From: an uncultured Pseudomonadota bacterium | Lineage (GTDB): Bacteria; Oederibacteriota; Muellerivitia; Muellerivitales; Muellerivitaceae | Direction: 5' to 3' | DNA length: 64,000 nucleotides | NCBI GenBank assembly: GCA_963843375.1 | Contig: CAWJKT010000006.1 | Location: forward strand, 128,001-192,000 | Part shown: positions 32,396 through 42,505 of the stretch, piece by piece | Layout: each line of letters opens with the position of its first letter | Position numbering within the stretch: the first letter of the stretch is position 1 | Notes under the pieces: generated by a model | The model's database searches: none | What the model saw: only the letters and a program-made list of their open reading frames with translations | Told to the model about the DNA's origin: nothing | Translations under genes and position numbers: made by a program

Positions 32396-33808
32396 TTATA
32401 GGTTGCGGAAACCAATTCCATGTTCCCGGCGTGTTTTAACAATTCGCTTGTAATCATCCTCTAGATTCAATTCTTTCAATTTCCAAATAAGGGTGTTGCG
32501 GTGAAGTCCCAATGTCGCCGCGGTTAGAGTTTGATTACCCCGGGTTCGTTCCAAAACCCTTCGAATAAACTGCCGTTCAAATTGCCGCCTTACCCTTTTC
32601 AAGGACAACTTGGCTTCTTCCTTGGTCTTAGCCAAATCAATTTGCTTCACGAGAATATCGATGGGAATATCCTCAATACTGAGAATTTCTTTTCCCGCAA
32701 ATAAAACCATCATTTCAACGCTGCTTTCCAGTTCTTTGATGTTTCCGGGCCACCCATAGTGGGTTAAAAACTGAATGGCTTCTTTCTGGATGCTTTTAAC
32801 GTGGATCTTGGCCTTTTGATTTGTCATTTTGAGGAAATAATCCACTAAAACGGGAATATCCTCTTGTCTTTCTCTCAAGGGGGGTAACTGGATCGAGGAA
32901 ACGTTCAAGAACTGATAAAAATCCTTTCGAAATTTGCCTTTTTCCACCTCCGCCTGTAAATCGGTATCTGTGGAGACGATGACGCGCACATCCACCGGCA
33001 GCGAAACATGTCCGCCGAGGCGAAACATTTTCTTTCCGGAAAACACCTTAACAATTTTCTCCTGTATTTCCAGAGGCAAACGGTCAACCTGTTCGAAAAA
33101 AAAAGTCCCCGTATTGGCGAATTCCAATCTTCCAATTTGGGCAGTATGGTTTTTTCCCTCATCCCCTTCTTCGCCGAAAAGATCCTTTTCAATTTGACCT
33201 TTGGATAAAGACCCGCAAAACAAGGTGATAAAGGGACCGCGATGCCGAGGGCTTTTGGAATGAATCTCGCGGGCAACTTCCTCAAGTCCGCTTCCCATTT
33301 CTCCCCGGATCAACACCGGCGTCTCCTCTTTGGAAACCTTGCTTATCTGCTTAATCACCTCTTGTACAGCCTTGCTGTTTCCAAGCAGGCTGGCGGGCTT
33401 CTTCAAACCCAATTCTTCGCGCAAAAATTGATTTTCTTTTTCCAGCGCCTTTTTGGCTAGGACTCGCTTAATGAGCTCGTATAATTCGGCGATTTTATAA
33501 GGCTTCGTAATATAGTCGTAGGCGCCCGCCTTCATCGCATCCAAAGCGGTATCCACACCCGTGAGAGCGGTTACCATGATGACTTCGATAGACTCGTCCC
33601 GCCGTTTTATCTGTCGTAACAAGTCCAATCCGGATCCATCCGGCAGCATAATGTCCAATAAGCAAAGGTCAAATGTCTGATTTTTAAGGATTCGAATGGT
33701 GGCTTTTGCATCCTCGGCAAAAGCCAATTCGTAATAATCCTGGAGGGCGAGCCTAAAAGATTCCCGGACGCTCTCCTCATCATCAACAATTAAAATTAAT
33801 GGTTTCAC
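32396..33808 (-). CDS. NtrC-like response regulator with a degenerate AAA+ domain
   Basis: Intact receiver, LPPLRER.EDI, WPGN and Fis HTH; Walker A/B and GAFTGA lost. Confidence 0.9.
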   Translation of the reverse strand: MKPLILIVDDEESVRESFRLALQDYYELAFAEDAKATIRILKNQTFDLCLLDIMLPDGSGLDLLRQIKRRDESIEVIMVTALTGVDTALDAMKAGAYDYITKPYKIAELYELIKRVLAKKALEKENQFLREELGLKKPASLLGNSKAVQEVIKQISKVSKEETPVLIRGEMGSGLEEVAREIHSKSPRHRGPFITLFCGSLSKGQIEKDLFGEEGDEGKNHTAQIGRLEFANTGTFFFEQVDRLPLEIQEKIVKVFSGKKMFRLGGHVSLPVDVRVIVSTDTDLQAEVEKGKFRKDFYQFLNVSSIQLPPLRERQEDIPVLVDYFLKMTNQKAKIHVKSIQKEAIQFLTHYGWPGNIKELESSVEMMVLFAGKEILSIEDIPIDILVKQIDLAKTKEEAKLSLKRVRRQFERQFIRRVLERTRGNQTLTAATLGLHRNTLIWKLKELNLEDDYKRIVKTRREHGIGFRNL

Positions 33809-33910
33809 GGAAGATCCTGTTTTAAGGATTTTGAAAGGCGGCTTTCTTAAATGACGAACCTCATTATATTTTTTAACCTAAAATTTATAAAGGCTTTCCG
33901 GGGAAAATCC

Positions 33911-34906
33911 TCAGTTTTTTCGAAGAACAAGAGGCCGTTTTTTGGATTTTTCCAACTCCAAAAACGGGTCAAGAGTTAGGCAATAAGGGGATAATTCCGC
34001 TCGGATTTTTACATCCTCCAACATTCTTAAAAACAAAAAAAGATATTCGCTGGCAACCCCGCAATGATCGCCAAAGACGGTTCTGGCTTTTTTGACAATT
34101 TTAACGTACTGGGCCCTCGTGGGCGCCTCTTCACCCGCGCCCAGGAGCTTAATGGAGCGAAAATGCCTGTTCATGGCCCTTAAAACCCATCGATCCACGG
34201 GAAAAGCCGTCTTGTGACCCAGGGCAAAAAGAAGAATACAGTCGGCAATCTTGGGTCCAATCCCGTCCAAAGCCATCATGGCCTCCCGGGCCGAATCACA
34301 AGAAATGGATTTCAAATGCTCCAAAGAAACTACCTCCGCTTCGACCGCTCGGGCCACTCGAATAATACGATCAGCCCGAGCCAGGTAATTATTCGTAAAA
34401 GGCCTCAAGGAATCCGCTGAAAGCGATACGATATCCCCCGCTTCCGGGAAGGAATAGGCCCCTTTGACATCCTCAAGGGGCCGTCCGTATTCCGCGCAAA
34501 ACTTTTTTAATGCCTGTCGAATGACCTTGACCGAAAGCCCCTGGGCAAACATATAGGAAACGGTGCATTCCCAGGACTCCTGTCGAATCAATCTCAAACC
34601 CTTAAGTACTTTTAGGGGAAATTGCATTACCGAATGGGATTCAAAAGACTCAACCCATTCGTTCAAGTTTTCGTCCAAGCTTAAATAAAAAGACAGCCAG
34701 TTTTCAGCGTTTTGGTCGCGGACAACCGGTGAATTGCATTCCCAATAAAGTCGGTTTCCTTCCTGTTTCAGCCTCCAGAAGGCCTGTCCCGCAACACCCG
34801 TAAACCAACCCTGAGCGTCAGGGCCTTCCCATCGAAAGCATTGACCGCAAAGCAGCGTCAAGCCTAAGGAAAAGGGTTCGGGTAAAAGTTTGATCCCTTG
34901 GAACAT
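33911..34906 (-). CDS. 8-oxoguanine DNA glycosylase (OGG1-like, HhH-GPD)
   Basis: TLLCGQCFRW, GLRLIRQ, GIGPKIADCILLF, AFPVD. Confidence 0.88.
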   Translation of the reverse strand: MFQGIKLLPEPFSLGLTLLCGQCFRWEGPDAQGWFTGVAGQAFWRLKQEGNRLYWECNSPVVRDQNAENWLSFYLSLDENLNEWVESFESHSVMQFPLKVLKGLRLIRQESWECTVSYMFAQGLSVKVIRQALKKFCAEYGRPLEDVKGAYSFPEAGDIVSLSADSLRPFTNNYLARADRIIRVARAVEAEVVSLEHLKSISCDSAREAMMALDGIGPKIADCILLFALGHKTAFPVDRWVLRAMNRHFRSIKLLGAGEEAPTRAQYVKIVKKARTVFGDHCGVASEYLFLFLRMLEDVKIRAELSPYCLTLDPFLELEKSKKRPLVLRKN

Positions 34907-35275
34907 TTATTCCATCCGCCGATAATAAAAAGCTGCGGTAACCACAATAGCCAAGAACAAAGCGAAGGCGCTAATATCCCAGCGGTTCACTTGCCATTGA
35001 ACAATCTGGTGCACGATTAAAAAAACAGCAAAAGCCCAAAAACTCCATTTTCTCATCTGATATAAATTGTAGAGGCAAACGATGATGAAAACCGTGCTCA
35101 AGGAAACGTAAATCGGATACCAAGAACTGACTTGGCGGATTTCCCCCGAAAACACGTAATACATTTTTAAAAAGCAACCGAACAAGGCCAAAAAACAAAA
35201 GAGGGCCAGCAATGCAGGGCATTCGGATTTCATGTTTTTTCCCGGCCAAATTGGAGTGAATTCAGAAACCGCCAT
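34907..35275 (-). CDS. Small 4-TM membrane protein
   Basis: Hydrophobic ORF abutting the glycosylase start (TAAATG). Confidence 0.7.
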   Translation of the reverse strand: MAVSEFTPIWPGKNMKSECPALLALFCFLALFGCFLKMYYVFSGEIRQVSSWYPIYVSLSTVFIIVCLYNLYQMRKWSFWAFAVFLIVHQIVQWQVNRWDISAFALFLAIVVTAAFYYRRME

Positions 35276-35471
35276 GAACAAATTCTAACTTACATTAAGG
35301 CCCGAATATAAAAAACTTGAATTTTGATTGTTTTTATTGGCCGCGGCAGAGGCTTTTTAAAAGGAAATTTCCAAAGGAAAGCTATAAAGATTTATCAATC
35401 GGCTTCAAAATTCGCCCGAAGGGGTCATTTGTCCTGAATGCGGGGATGCCTATTAGCGTCATTATCTCGAC

Positions 35472-35663
35472 TTAAATCCGGCGACGCTTTTTCCGTCTTT
35501 CTTTTTTCCTGCGGGGATCCTTACGCGGCCTTGGCTTGTCGCCATCCGGCCCCTGCCAACGCCGTTCATCTTTACGGCGGTCTTGGGGATTACGGCTCGC
35601 CACAGCGCGCTCACTCAAATGAAACTTGACCAAGAGCGCTTTGAGCCAATGAGGTATTTTCAC
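35472..35663 (-). CDS. Small basic protein with repeated (D/E)RR motifs
   Basis: 63-aa ORF starting 4 nt after the upstream stop; DRRKDERR...DPRRKKERRK. Confidence 0.5.
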   Translation of the reverse strand: MKIPHWLKALLVKFHLSERAVASRNPQDRRKDERRWQGPDGDKPRPRKDPRRKKERRKKRRRI

Positions 35664-35667
35664 TTAA

Positions 35668-36369
35668 CTATGACCGCCGAATACTGACAACTCGATCCCG
35701 TTCGTTCATGGCGGAAGAGTGATCCTTGGTCAGTTTCTGATTTTTTAGATCTTGCCCGTTTTTCCAGCTTTTCCAAAGAGCTGCGACGGAAACGATCAAC
35801 ACAATAAAGAAAAGAAAATTTGAGTGCTGGGCTCCATTGCCCAAGTCTTTTAAAGCCAATGAAATCTCATCCAACCGTTTATTCGTGTCTACCTGCGCCC
35901 CGTTGAGCTCCCTGTATTGGCTAAAAGAATCCCGCTCCATCAGATAGGCGACCGTTTGAACCCGGGTTTCCAATTCCGCCAGCTTTCTGGCATCAACTGT
36001 GTTGGGACGCGCCACCGGGTTATTTTTTTTCTCTTGAATTATGGTAACAGGCGCCGGGATCTCCATGTTTTGCGGGGACGCGACGAGGGCGGGTTTCCCG
36101 CCAATCCAAATAACGGTGTTGTTGGCGTTGTCCTTTTCCGAGATAAGAATGCTCAATAAAGCTTGGGCTTTTTTATCTTGAGCATTGGCTTGAAGGGCCT
36201 TTGAGTCCAATAGAATGGCTTGGTCAAAATTACCTGAAAGATAAGCTTGAAGAGCCGATTGATAATAATCATTGGGGATCAAGGAGGGGTCAACGGTCTG
36301 GGCGATTGCAAAGGCGGAGGCAAACCAAACCAAGAGAAAACCAACCGACAAAATTTGTTTTCGTTTCAT
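35668..36369 (-). CDS. Exported TPR-like/coiled-coil protein with a C-terminal TM anchor
   Basis: Signal peptide MKRKQILSVGFLLVWFASAFA, one TPR-like unit, C-terminal hydrophobic helix. Confidence 0.7.
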   Translation of the reverse strand: MKRKQILSVGFLLVWFASAFAIAQTVDPSLIPNDYYQSALQAYLSGNFDQAILLDSKALQANAQDKKAQALLSILISEKDNANNTVIWIGGKPALVASPQNMEIPAPVTIIQEKKNNPVARPNTVDARKLAELETRVQTVAYLMERDSFSQYRELNGAQVDTNKRLDEISLALKDLGNGAQHSNFLFFIVLIVSVAALWKSWKNGQDLKNQKLTKDHSSAMNERDRVVSIRRS

Positions 36370-36414
36370 ACTTTTCCCTTCTAAAATTACATCAAGATTC
36401 GATTTTACCAAAAG

Positions 36415-37251
36415 TTAGCCGTTTAACATCAGAAAAGCGCCAAACCTCCCAGTTGGTTTCCCTTCGCCCGCTTCAGCTCGATGGGAATAAAACACTTCAT
36501 TGTATTTGACGGTACAAATCTCGGAGCGAATGAGATTTTCCTCTTTCATTCCAATTTCAATAAGCTGGCGCGCATTGGCTTCCGATAGGTTCAATTTCCA
36601 GTGGGCCTTGGAGGATTTTTCAAATACTTCCAGACCCCAGGGAAAGACCTTGGTGAACCCATCGCGCACATCCGCCCCCACCTCATAGCAACAAGATCCG
36701 ATACAAGGCCCCAATACCGCCCGGACCTCTTCAGCCTTGGTTCCATAGGCTTTTCCCATGGCCAACAGGGTTTTTGCGGCTATATGGCTTACGGTTCCGC
36801 GCCAACCCGCGTGAGCTAAGCCAATTGCCTTGTTAATGGGATCAAAAAAAAGAATCGGAAGACAGTCGGCCACGAGGATCATGATGGAAACATCTGTTTC
36901 ATTGGTGATGATCCCGTCCCCTTCGCCCAGGGAACCTCCCTTTTGAGAGCGGTTTGCCGCGTCCAATTTCAATACCTTGTCGCTATGCACCTGATCGACC
37001 CAAACCGCCTCTTTCAAATCCAATCCAAGAGCATAAGACAACAAGGATCTATTCTCATCAACGTTTACGGCCTGATCCTGGACTTTTTGACTGATATTGA
37101 GGGACCGATAGGTTCCGTCGCTGACTCCTCCAACCCGTGTGGAAACGGCTTGTCTTAATACCTTGGAATCGGCAAAGCGCGGAAAGGTGATGGTCACGAT
37201 ACCGCCCTGTTCGGTTTGGAGCGCCTCAGCGGCGAGCTTGCTTGTTTTCAT
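36415..37251 (-). CDS. pgeF: Peptidoglycan editing factor PgeF (YfiH family)
   Basis: STRVGGVS, QVHS, VADCLPI, AHAGWRGT, GPCIGSCCYEVG, FYSHR. Confidence 0.93.
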   Translation of the reverse strand: MKTSKLAAEALQTEQGGIVTITFPRFADSKVLRQAVSTRVGGVSDGTYRSLNISQKVQDQAVNVDENRSLLSYALGLDLKEAVWVDQVHSDKVLKLDAANRSQKGGSLGEGDGIITNETDVSIMILVADCLPILFFDPINKAIGLAHAGWRGTVSHIAAKTLLAMGKAYGTKAEEVRAVLGPCIGSCCYEVGADVRDGFTKVFPWGLEVFEKSSKAHWKLNLSEANARQLIEIGMKEENLIRSEICTVKYNEVFYSHRAEAGEGKPTGRFGAFLMLNG

Positions 37252-38566
37252 CCATTCCCTCCACCCGATCCTTATAAGCGATTATTCCCTGCGCAATGGC
37301 TTTGGCCATCTTGTCCCGCCAATAGGGATCCCTCAACTTGTTTTCTTCCTCCTGGTTGCTGATAAAAGCCGTTTCAACCAATATCGAAGGCATTTCCGCG
37401 TGGGCCAAAACGTAAAAAGGCGCATGTTGGATATTCCTGAAATGCTGTCCCATTTTTTCTCGGATGCTCGACTCCACCATTTCAGCGAGTTTCTGGCTTC
37501 GGAACTTATAGAACTTGGTGCGGAGATCCGCGAAAGTATAGTCCATGAAATCGCTGCCGGAGTTCTCACGAACCGCCGCGACCTCGGCAAGCTTGTTGGA
37601 TGCCCTTGAGCCATATTGATAAATTTCAGTTCCGTGGGCTCCCGACCGGGGATTGGAGTTGCAGTGAATCGAGACAAAAAGGTCGGCATTATGAGAATTA
37701 GCGAAATCCGTTCGGTATTTTAAGGTGATGTAATAGTCCCCCGTACGTGTCATGAGGACTTCAAATTCCTTCTCGCCGTGTTGTTCTTCTTTCAGGTAAC
37801 TGGTGACCCGCTGGGCGATATCCAAGGTCGCTTGTTTTTCGAAATACCGGTGGTCGCGACCAGGGGCTCCCGCGTCGTTCCCCCCATGCCCCGCGTCGAT
37901 GACGATCCTTCGGATTTTTTCGATTTGACCGGTGGGCGGTTCTTCTTCGGCTGCCTGGGTTTCTTCCGTGGGGGTCGGCTCCAAGGAAGGTGCCGCCGTG
38001 GGAATGGCCACTTGCGTGATACCCACGGCGGCGATGGTGGCGGGGACGGCGGACGAGTTTTTCGGTTGACCGGCTTGGGCCAAAATTTCCTGCCTTAATT
38101 CCTCCTCACGAACCCCTCCGGCAACGAGTGCCTGCTGATCCGCGAGAAACCTCACATTGACGTTCAAAAGTGTCCCGAAAACGTCCCCCGCGGATTCAGG
38201 CGGTATCGCCAATTGACCCGACACGACCTCCACCGGGTCCATGGGGAAGGAGGATTCGGGATCAAGGATCAAAAATATCGGCTGGGACAAAACCATCTTG
38301 ACTTGATTTTTCCCTTTCTGAAGGGAAACACGGCGGGTTTGGGAATCGAATTGTAAATCGGCTCCGTAAAATTGAGCCACTTCCCTCAAAGGCAAATAAA
38401 CTTTTCCTTTAATGTCGTGAAGAACCGTCACCAAACCCTGATCCAGCCTATAGGTATATTTCAAAGATACCGACTCATCCGCCGTAAGGCGGGTCATGGG
38501 CGAATAAAGCCCGAGGGCCATCCCGAGAAAAACCCCCATAAACCTTTTAATTCTGAGTGTTTTCAA
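37226..38566 (-). CDS. N-acetylmuramoyl-L-alanine amidase (Amidase_3) with N-terminal stalk-like domain
   Basis: IVIDAGHGG.D.GA, EK, FVSIHCN, PSILVETAFISN; signal peptide. Confidence 0.92.
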   Translation of the reverse strand: MKTLRIKRFMGVFLGMALGLYSPMTRLTADESVSLKYTYRLDQGLVTVLHDIKGKVYLPLREVAQFYGADLQFDSQTRRVSLQKGKNQVKMVLSQPIFLILDPESSFPMDPVEVVSGQLAIPPESAGDVFGTLLNVNVRFLADQQALVAGGVREEELRQEILAQAGQPKNSSAVPATIAAVGITQVAIPTAAPSLEPTPTEETQAAEEEPPTGQIEKIRRIVIDAGHGGNDAGAPGRDHRYFEKQATLDIAQRVTSYLKEEQHGEKEFEVLMTRTGDYYITLKYRTDFANSHNADLFVSIHCNSNPRSGAHGTEIYQYGSRASNKLAEVAAVRENSGSDFMDYTFADLRTKFYKFRSQKLAEMVESSIREKMGQHFRNIQHAPFYVLAHAEMPSILVETAFISNQEEENKLRDPYWRDKMAKAIAQGIIAYKDRVEGMDENKQARR

Positions 38567-39881
38567 TTCCCGTCCTCTTGTCCGTTTCTTCTTTTTCGAA
38601 TTTTTTGTGTTTTATTCTGAAATACCAGTTGTAAACACGGGTGACGCCTTTGATGTCGGTGGCCCGAAGGGTCAGAATATGGCCCCCTTGGGCCAATTTC
38701 GCGCCTACTTGATGACTTAGGGTGCGGGTTTCGGACTCATAGTGAACCGGCATGATATGGTTTCCCATTTGCAGTTGAACCGAACCGGGGACGACATCAT
38801 CCTCGATTTGGGCCGTGATAACCGGCGTCTGGGTTTCAATCACCTCCCCGTCCCCGGGAAAAAGACCCTTCATGTGAAGAACCTTGTCGGTAAATAAACT
38901 GGCGAATTTCTTATGGCTGATAGGATTAAGAATCAGTTCCCTTTTGAGCTTAAGAGGGTCGATGGTTCGATCATTGGGACCCGGATTGACGGTAAAGGCC
39001 AGCTTGTAGCCCTGCGCGCGGGTAACCTCCAGAATCGTTGGATCGTAAACCCCGTAAGGGTAGGCGATCAATTCAGGCCTGCGGTTAAATTCGGATTGGA
39101 TGAAGGTCAAAGGTTCGCTGAGTTCAAATTCAAGCAGCTTGCGGTAATCCATCGCGGGCGTCTTTTCTTCCACCAGCCCCAGATTTAAATGATTGGCCGT
39201 ATGGGACTCCACTATCATTCCGAAATTTTGCATGGAGGAAATTTCCGAGATTTTCAAGGCTTCCTTCAGCAATTTTCCATGTCCGGTCTGTTTTTTGGTT
39301 TTAGCCAGACGACTATTGCTCATATCCAAATCTTTTCTTCTTTTATCCGCGTTTTCCCTGTTCTCGATAAATTTTGTATAAAGAAAAAAAATCGAGGGAT
39401 AACCGTAGGACTTCATGACGGGAAAAGCGTCCCAGTAAATTGTTCGAAAGCCATCATCAAAAGTAATGAGGACCGGTTTCGGGGGGAGGGGTTTCCCCCG
39501 AAACCAAAAGTCCATCAATTGCCCTTCGGAAATGGGGGTGAACCCATTTTCTTTCAGGTACTCCATCTGCCACTTAAAGTCTTCCACCGGCATTTGGTAC
39601 TCGGCTTGAGCCCAATCATCCGTTTCGTCGGATTTGAGCACAAACCGGTGGTAACAAAGCACCACAAAAGTTTCATCCTTTGTTGCATCCGAAGGTAATC
39701 CCGTTGCAGCGGCGGAATTTCCCGTTAGCACCGCAGGAGTCTTTGATTCCAATGCCGGCAATGCTGGATGAAGCGGCATATCATCGCCAAAACTTGGGTC
39801 CACCAGAGGAAGCGGGGATATCACGAACACCGCCGTCCAAAAGAATAACCCCAGGGCTTTGACAAACCGTTTTCCCAACAT
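38547..39881 (-). CDS. Exported polysaccharide deacetylase (NodB/CE4) with C-terminal Ig-like domain
   Basis: VLCYH, LITFDDG, ESHTANH, IAYPYG. Confidence 0.88.
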   Translation of the reverse strand: MLGKRFVKALGLFFWTAVFVISPLPLVDPSFGDDMPLHPALPALESKTPAVLTGNSAAATGLPSDATKDETFVVLCYHRFVLKSDETDDWAQAEYQMPVEDFKWQMEYLKENGFTPISEGQLMDFWFRGKPLPPKPVLITFDDGFRTIYWDAFPVMKSYGYPSIFFLYTKFIENRENADKRRKDLDMSNSRLAKTKKQTGHGKLLKEALKISEISSMQNFGMIVESHTANHLNLGLVEEKTPAMDYRKLLEFELSEPLTFIQSEFNRRPELIAYPYGVYDPTILEVTRAQGYKLAFTVNPGPNDRTIDPLKLKRELILNPISHKKFASLFTDKVLHMKGLFPGDGEVIETQTPVITAQIEDDVVPGSVQLQMGNHIMPVHYESETRTLSHQVGAKLAQGGHILTLRATDIKGVTRVYNWYFRIKHKKFEKEETDKRTGIENTQN

Positions 39882-39937
39882 CTTTTCCTTTCCATCCTTT
39901 CACTTAATCGAGAGTCCCGTAATCAGTTCAAACTCGA

Positions 39938-41098
39938 TTAATTTTGAAAAGGCTTGCTGGCCAAACGGCGGCGCAGGTAAGCCGGGATGTCGTATTGTCC
40001 GTCCGACAACTTCAAGGTCATGTCGCCTTCCAGTTCTTCCGCTGGTGGCTGGGACGAACTAGCCTTGGCGGTGTTGAAGTTGGGCGTCACGAAGTTCTTC
40101 AGGTCGATCACCGTCGCCATCTGGTCGGCGGCCTTCTGGGTGTCGAAGCCGGTGGCGATAATGGTGACCCGCAAACCATCCTTCAGGTTTTCATCCCGCA
40201 CAATGCCGGGAATAATCTCGGCTCCTGGCCGGGCGGCTTTCTGAAGAAATCCGTTGATCTGGTTGAACTCGTTCAGGGTAAAGTTGGCCCCGGCGGTCAC
40301 TAAAACCAGAACGGCGGTAGCCCCGGCGATATCCACATCCTCCAAAAGCGGGCTATTTACGGCCTTTTGTACCGCTTTTAAGGCTCGGTCTTCGCCCGTT
40401 CCCGCGCCCATTCCCATCAACACCTTGCCCTTGGCTGTCAGGATTCGGCGAACATCGGCGAAGTCCCGGTTGATGATGCCCTCCGAGTGGATAATCACCG
40501 AGATTCCCTGGATCGCCTGCACAAGCACTTCGTCCACCCGGGCGAAGGCGGATGACAATTCCACATCCTGCTCGCAGACCAGGTTGATGCGTTCATTCGG
40601 GATGACCACAATGGCATCTACATGGGGCAGCATCGCGCGAAGCCCATCTTCGGCCTGCGCCTTGCGTACGGGCCCTTCGTGCTCAAAAGGCCGGCTGACC
40701 ACGCCAACGGTCAGGATACCGAGCTTTTTGGCGATCTCGGCGACCACGGGAGCCGCGCCGGTTCCGGTGCCGCCTCCCATACCTGCGGCCACCACCACCA
40801 TGTCGGCGCCTTCCAGGCATTTTTGGATCTCATCGGTGGATTCCAAGGCCGCTTCCTTTCCGATCGTTGGATTTCCTCCCGAACCCAGTCCCTTGGTGAG
40901 GGACTTGCCCAGTTGGATCTTCTTGATGGCTTTGCTTCGGCGAAGGGATTTGTAATCGGTATTGGCCGAAATACATTCCACGCCTTCGATACCTGCTTCG
41001 ATCATCTTGTTGACGGCGTTGCACCCTCCGCCGCCCACTCCGATAACTTTTAAATGGGCCAGGTACTGCGTCACATCATCTTCCGCGAACTCAATCAT
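39938..41098 (-). CDS. ftsZ: Cell division protein FtsZ
   Basis: GVGGGGCNAV, GMGGGTGTG, IN.DFADV, C-terminal DIPAYLRR; start 41098 or 41113. Confidence 0.98.
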   Translation of the reverse strand: MIEFAEDDVTQYLAHLKVIGVGGGGCNAVNKMIEAGIEGVECISANTDYKSLRRSKAIKKIQLGKSLTKGLGSGGNPTIGKEAALESTDEIQKCLEGADMVVVAAGMGGGTGTGAAPVVAEIAKKLGILTVGVVSRPFEHEGPVRKAQAEDGLRAMLPHVDAIVVIPNERINLVCEQDVELSSAFARVDEVLVQAIQGISVIIHSEGIINRDFADVRRILTAKGKVLMGMGAGTGEDRALKAVQKAVNSPLLEDVDIAGATAVLVLVTAGANFTLNEFNQINGFLQKAARPGAEIIPGIVRDENLKDGLRVTIIATGFDTQKAADQMATVIDLKNFVTPNFNTAKASSSQPPAEELEGDMTLKLSDGQYDIPAYLRRRLASKPFQN

Positions 41099-41232
41099 TT
41101 TTTTCCCCCTCATTTTTTAAACCAACTCTTGGCTGCCGGTTCTGCGCCGTCAGCTTTAAACCTTACCACCCGACTCTCTTTTCCCTTTGCACCTCCTTGA
41201 CATCAATTTGGTTTAACTCCGCCATTCCGCTC

Positions 41233-42486
41233 CTAGATAGAATCCCCGAACCATTTCTTCATTCGGCCCAGGATATTGTTAAAAGCGTCCGCCCCCGACG
41301 AGAGGGAGTTGCGTTTACCGCCCTGCGGCCTTTGGGACTGCATTCCCATCAATACCAGACCCACCGCGGTGGAATAACTCGGGTTGGAGACCACATCCGT
41401 CAATCCGCCGATCCTTTTGGGTGACCCGATCCTCACCGGGAGTTGAAGGATTTTCTCCGCCAGTTCCGCGGTTCCCTCCATCAAGGCGGCCCCGCCAGTA
41501 ATGACCACGCCCGCCGGTATCCGGTCCTCAAACCCGTGTTTCTTCAGTTCCGATCCCACCAATTCGAAAATCTCCTCCATGCGCGCCTCGATGATTTCCG
41601 AAAGAACCCTGCGAGGCATGCGGCGATCCGGCCTTCCTCCCACGCCCGGGACGGTAATTTCCTCCTCTTCCTTGACGATGGCCGTATAGGCGCAGCCAAA
41701 CTGGATTTTGATGGCCTCCGCCTCGGTGTTGGGGGTTCGAAGCCCCACCGCCACGTCGCTGGTCACCAAAGTGCCTCCCAGGGTGATGATGCCGGTGTGC
41801 CAAAGGGAACCGTTGATGAAGACCGCGATATCGGTGGTTCCGCCGCCGATGTCCACCAAAACCACACCCAATTCCTTCTCGTCCGCCGAGAGAATGGCTT
41901 CCGCCGAAGCCAGGGGTTGAAGAATGATGTCGGCCACCTGGATACCGGCCCGCTCCACGCTCCGAACGATGTTCTGGACGCTGGTGACGGCTCCGGTCAC
42001 GACATGGACTTCGGCTTCCAGCCGAACTCCCGACATGCCCACGGGATTCTTGATGCCATCCTGGTCGTCGACGATGTATTCCTGGGGAATCACATGGATA
42101 ATCTCCCGGTCCAGGGGAATGGCGATGGCCTGGGCCGCCTCAATCACCCTTTCCCTGTCCTCCTCGGTAATTTCCTTGTCTTTACGGGATACTGCGATAA
42201 CGCCCCGGCTGTTGAGTCCCTTGATGTGGCCGCCCGCGACGCCCGCGAAGGCGGATGAAATCTCCACCCCCGCCATGCGTTCGGCGTCTTGGACGGACTT
42301 TTTGATGGAGGCGATGGTTTGCTCGATATTCACCACCGAACCCTTTTTAAGCCCCGTAGAAGGGGTGGTTCCCACCCCGATGATATGGACTTGCCCCTCG
42401 TCATCTTGTTCCCCGATGATGGTGCAGACTTTGGTCGTCCCTAGGTCCAACCCCACCACGATGTCCTGCTTTTGCTCCTTAGCCAT
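41233..42486 (-). CDS. ftsA: Cell division protein FtsA
   Basis: GLDLGTTK, GMSGVRLE, VDIGGGTTD, ITGGAA. Confidence 0.98.
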   Translation of the reverse strand: MAKEQKQDIVVGLDLGTTKVCTIIGEQDDEGQVHIIGVGTTPSTGLKKGSVVNIEQTIASIKKSVQDAERMAGVEISSAFAGVAGGHIKGLNSRGVIAVSRKDKEITEEDRERVIEAAQAIAIPLDREIIHVIPQEYIVDDQDGIKNPVGMSGVRLEAEVHVVTGAVTSVQNIVRSVERAGIQVADIILQPLASAEAILSADEKELGVVLVDIGGGTTDIAVFINGSLWHTGIITLGGTLVTSDVAVGLRTPNTEAEAIKIQFGCAYTAIVKEEEEITVPGVGGRPDRRMPRRVLSEIIEARMEEIFELVGSELKKHGFEDRIPAGVVITGGAALMEGTAELAEKILQLPVRIGSPKRIGGLTDVVSNPSYSTAVGLVLMGMQSQRPQGGKRNSLSSGADAFNNILGRMKKWFGDSI

Positions 42487-42505
42487 TCAACTCACCTCCT
42501 TGTAT

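Noticed and set aside
35418..35456. Plus-strand EGVICPECGDAY zinc-ribbon-like fragment
   Set aside because: In-frame stop shortly upstream and no start codon; probably chance
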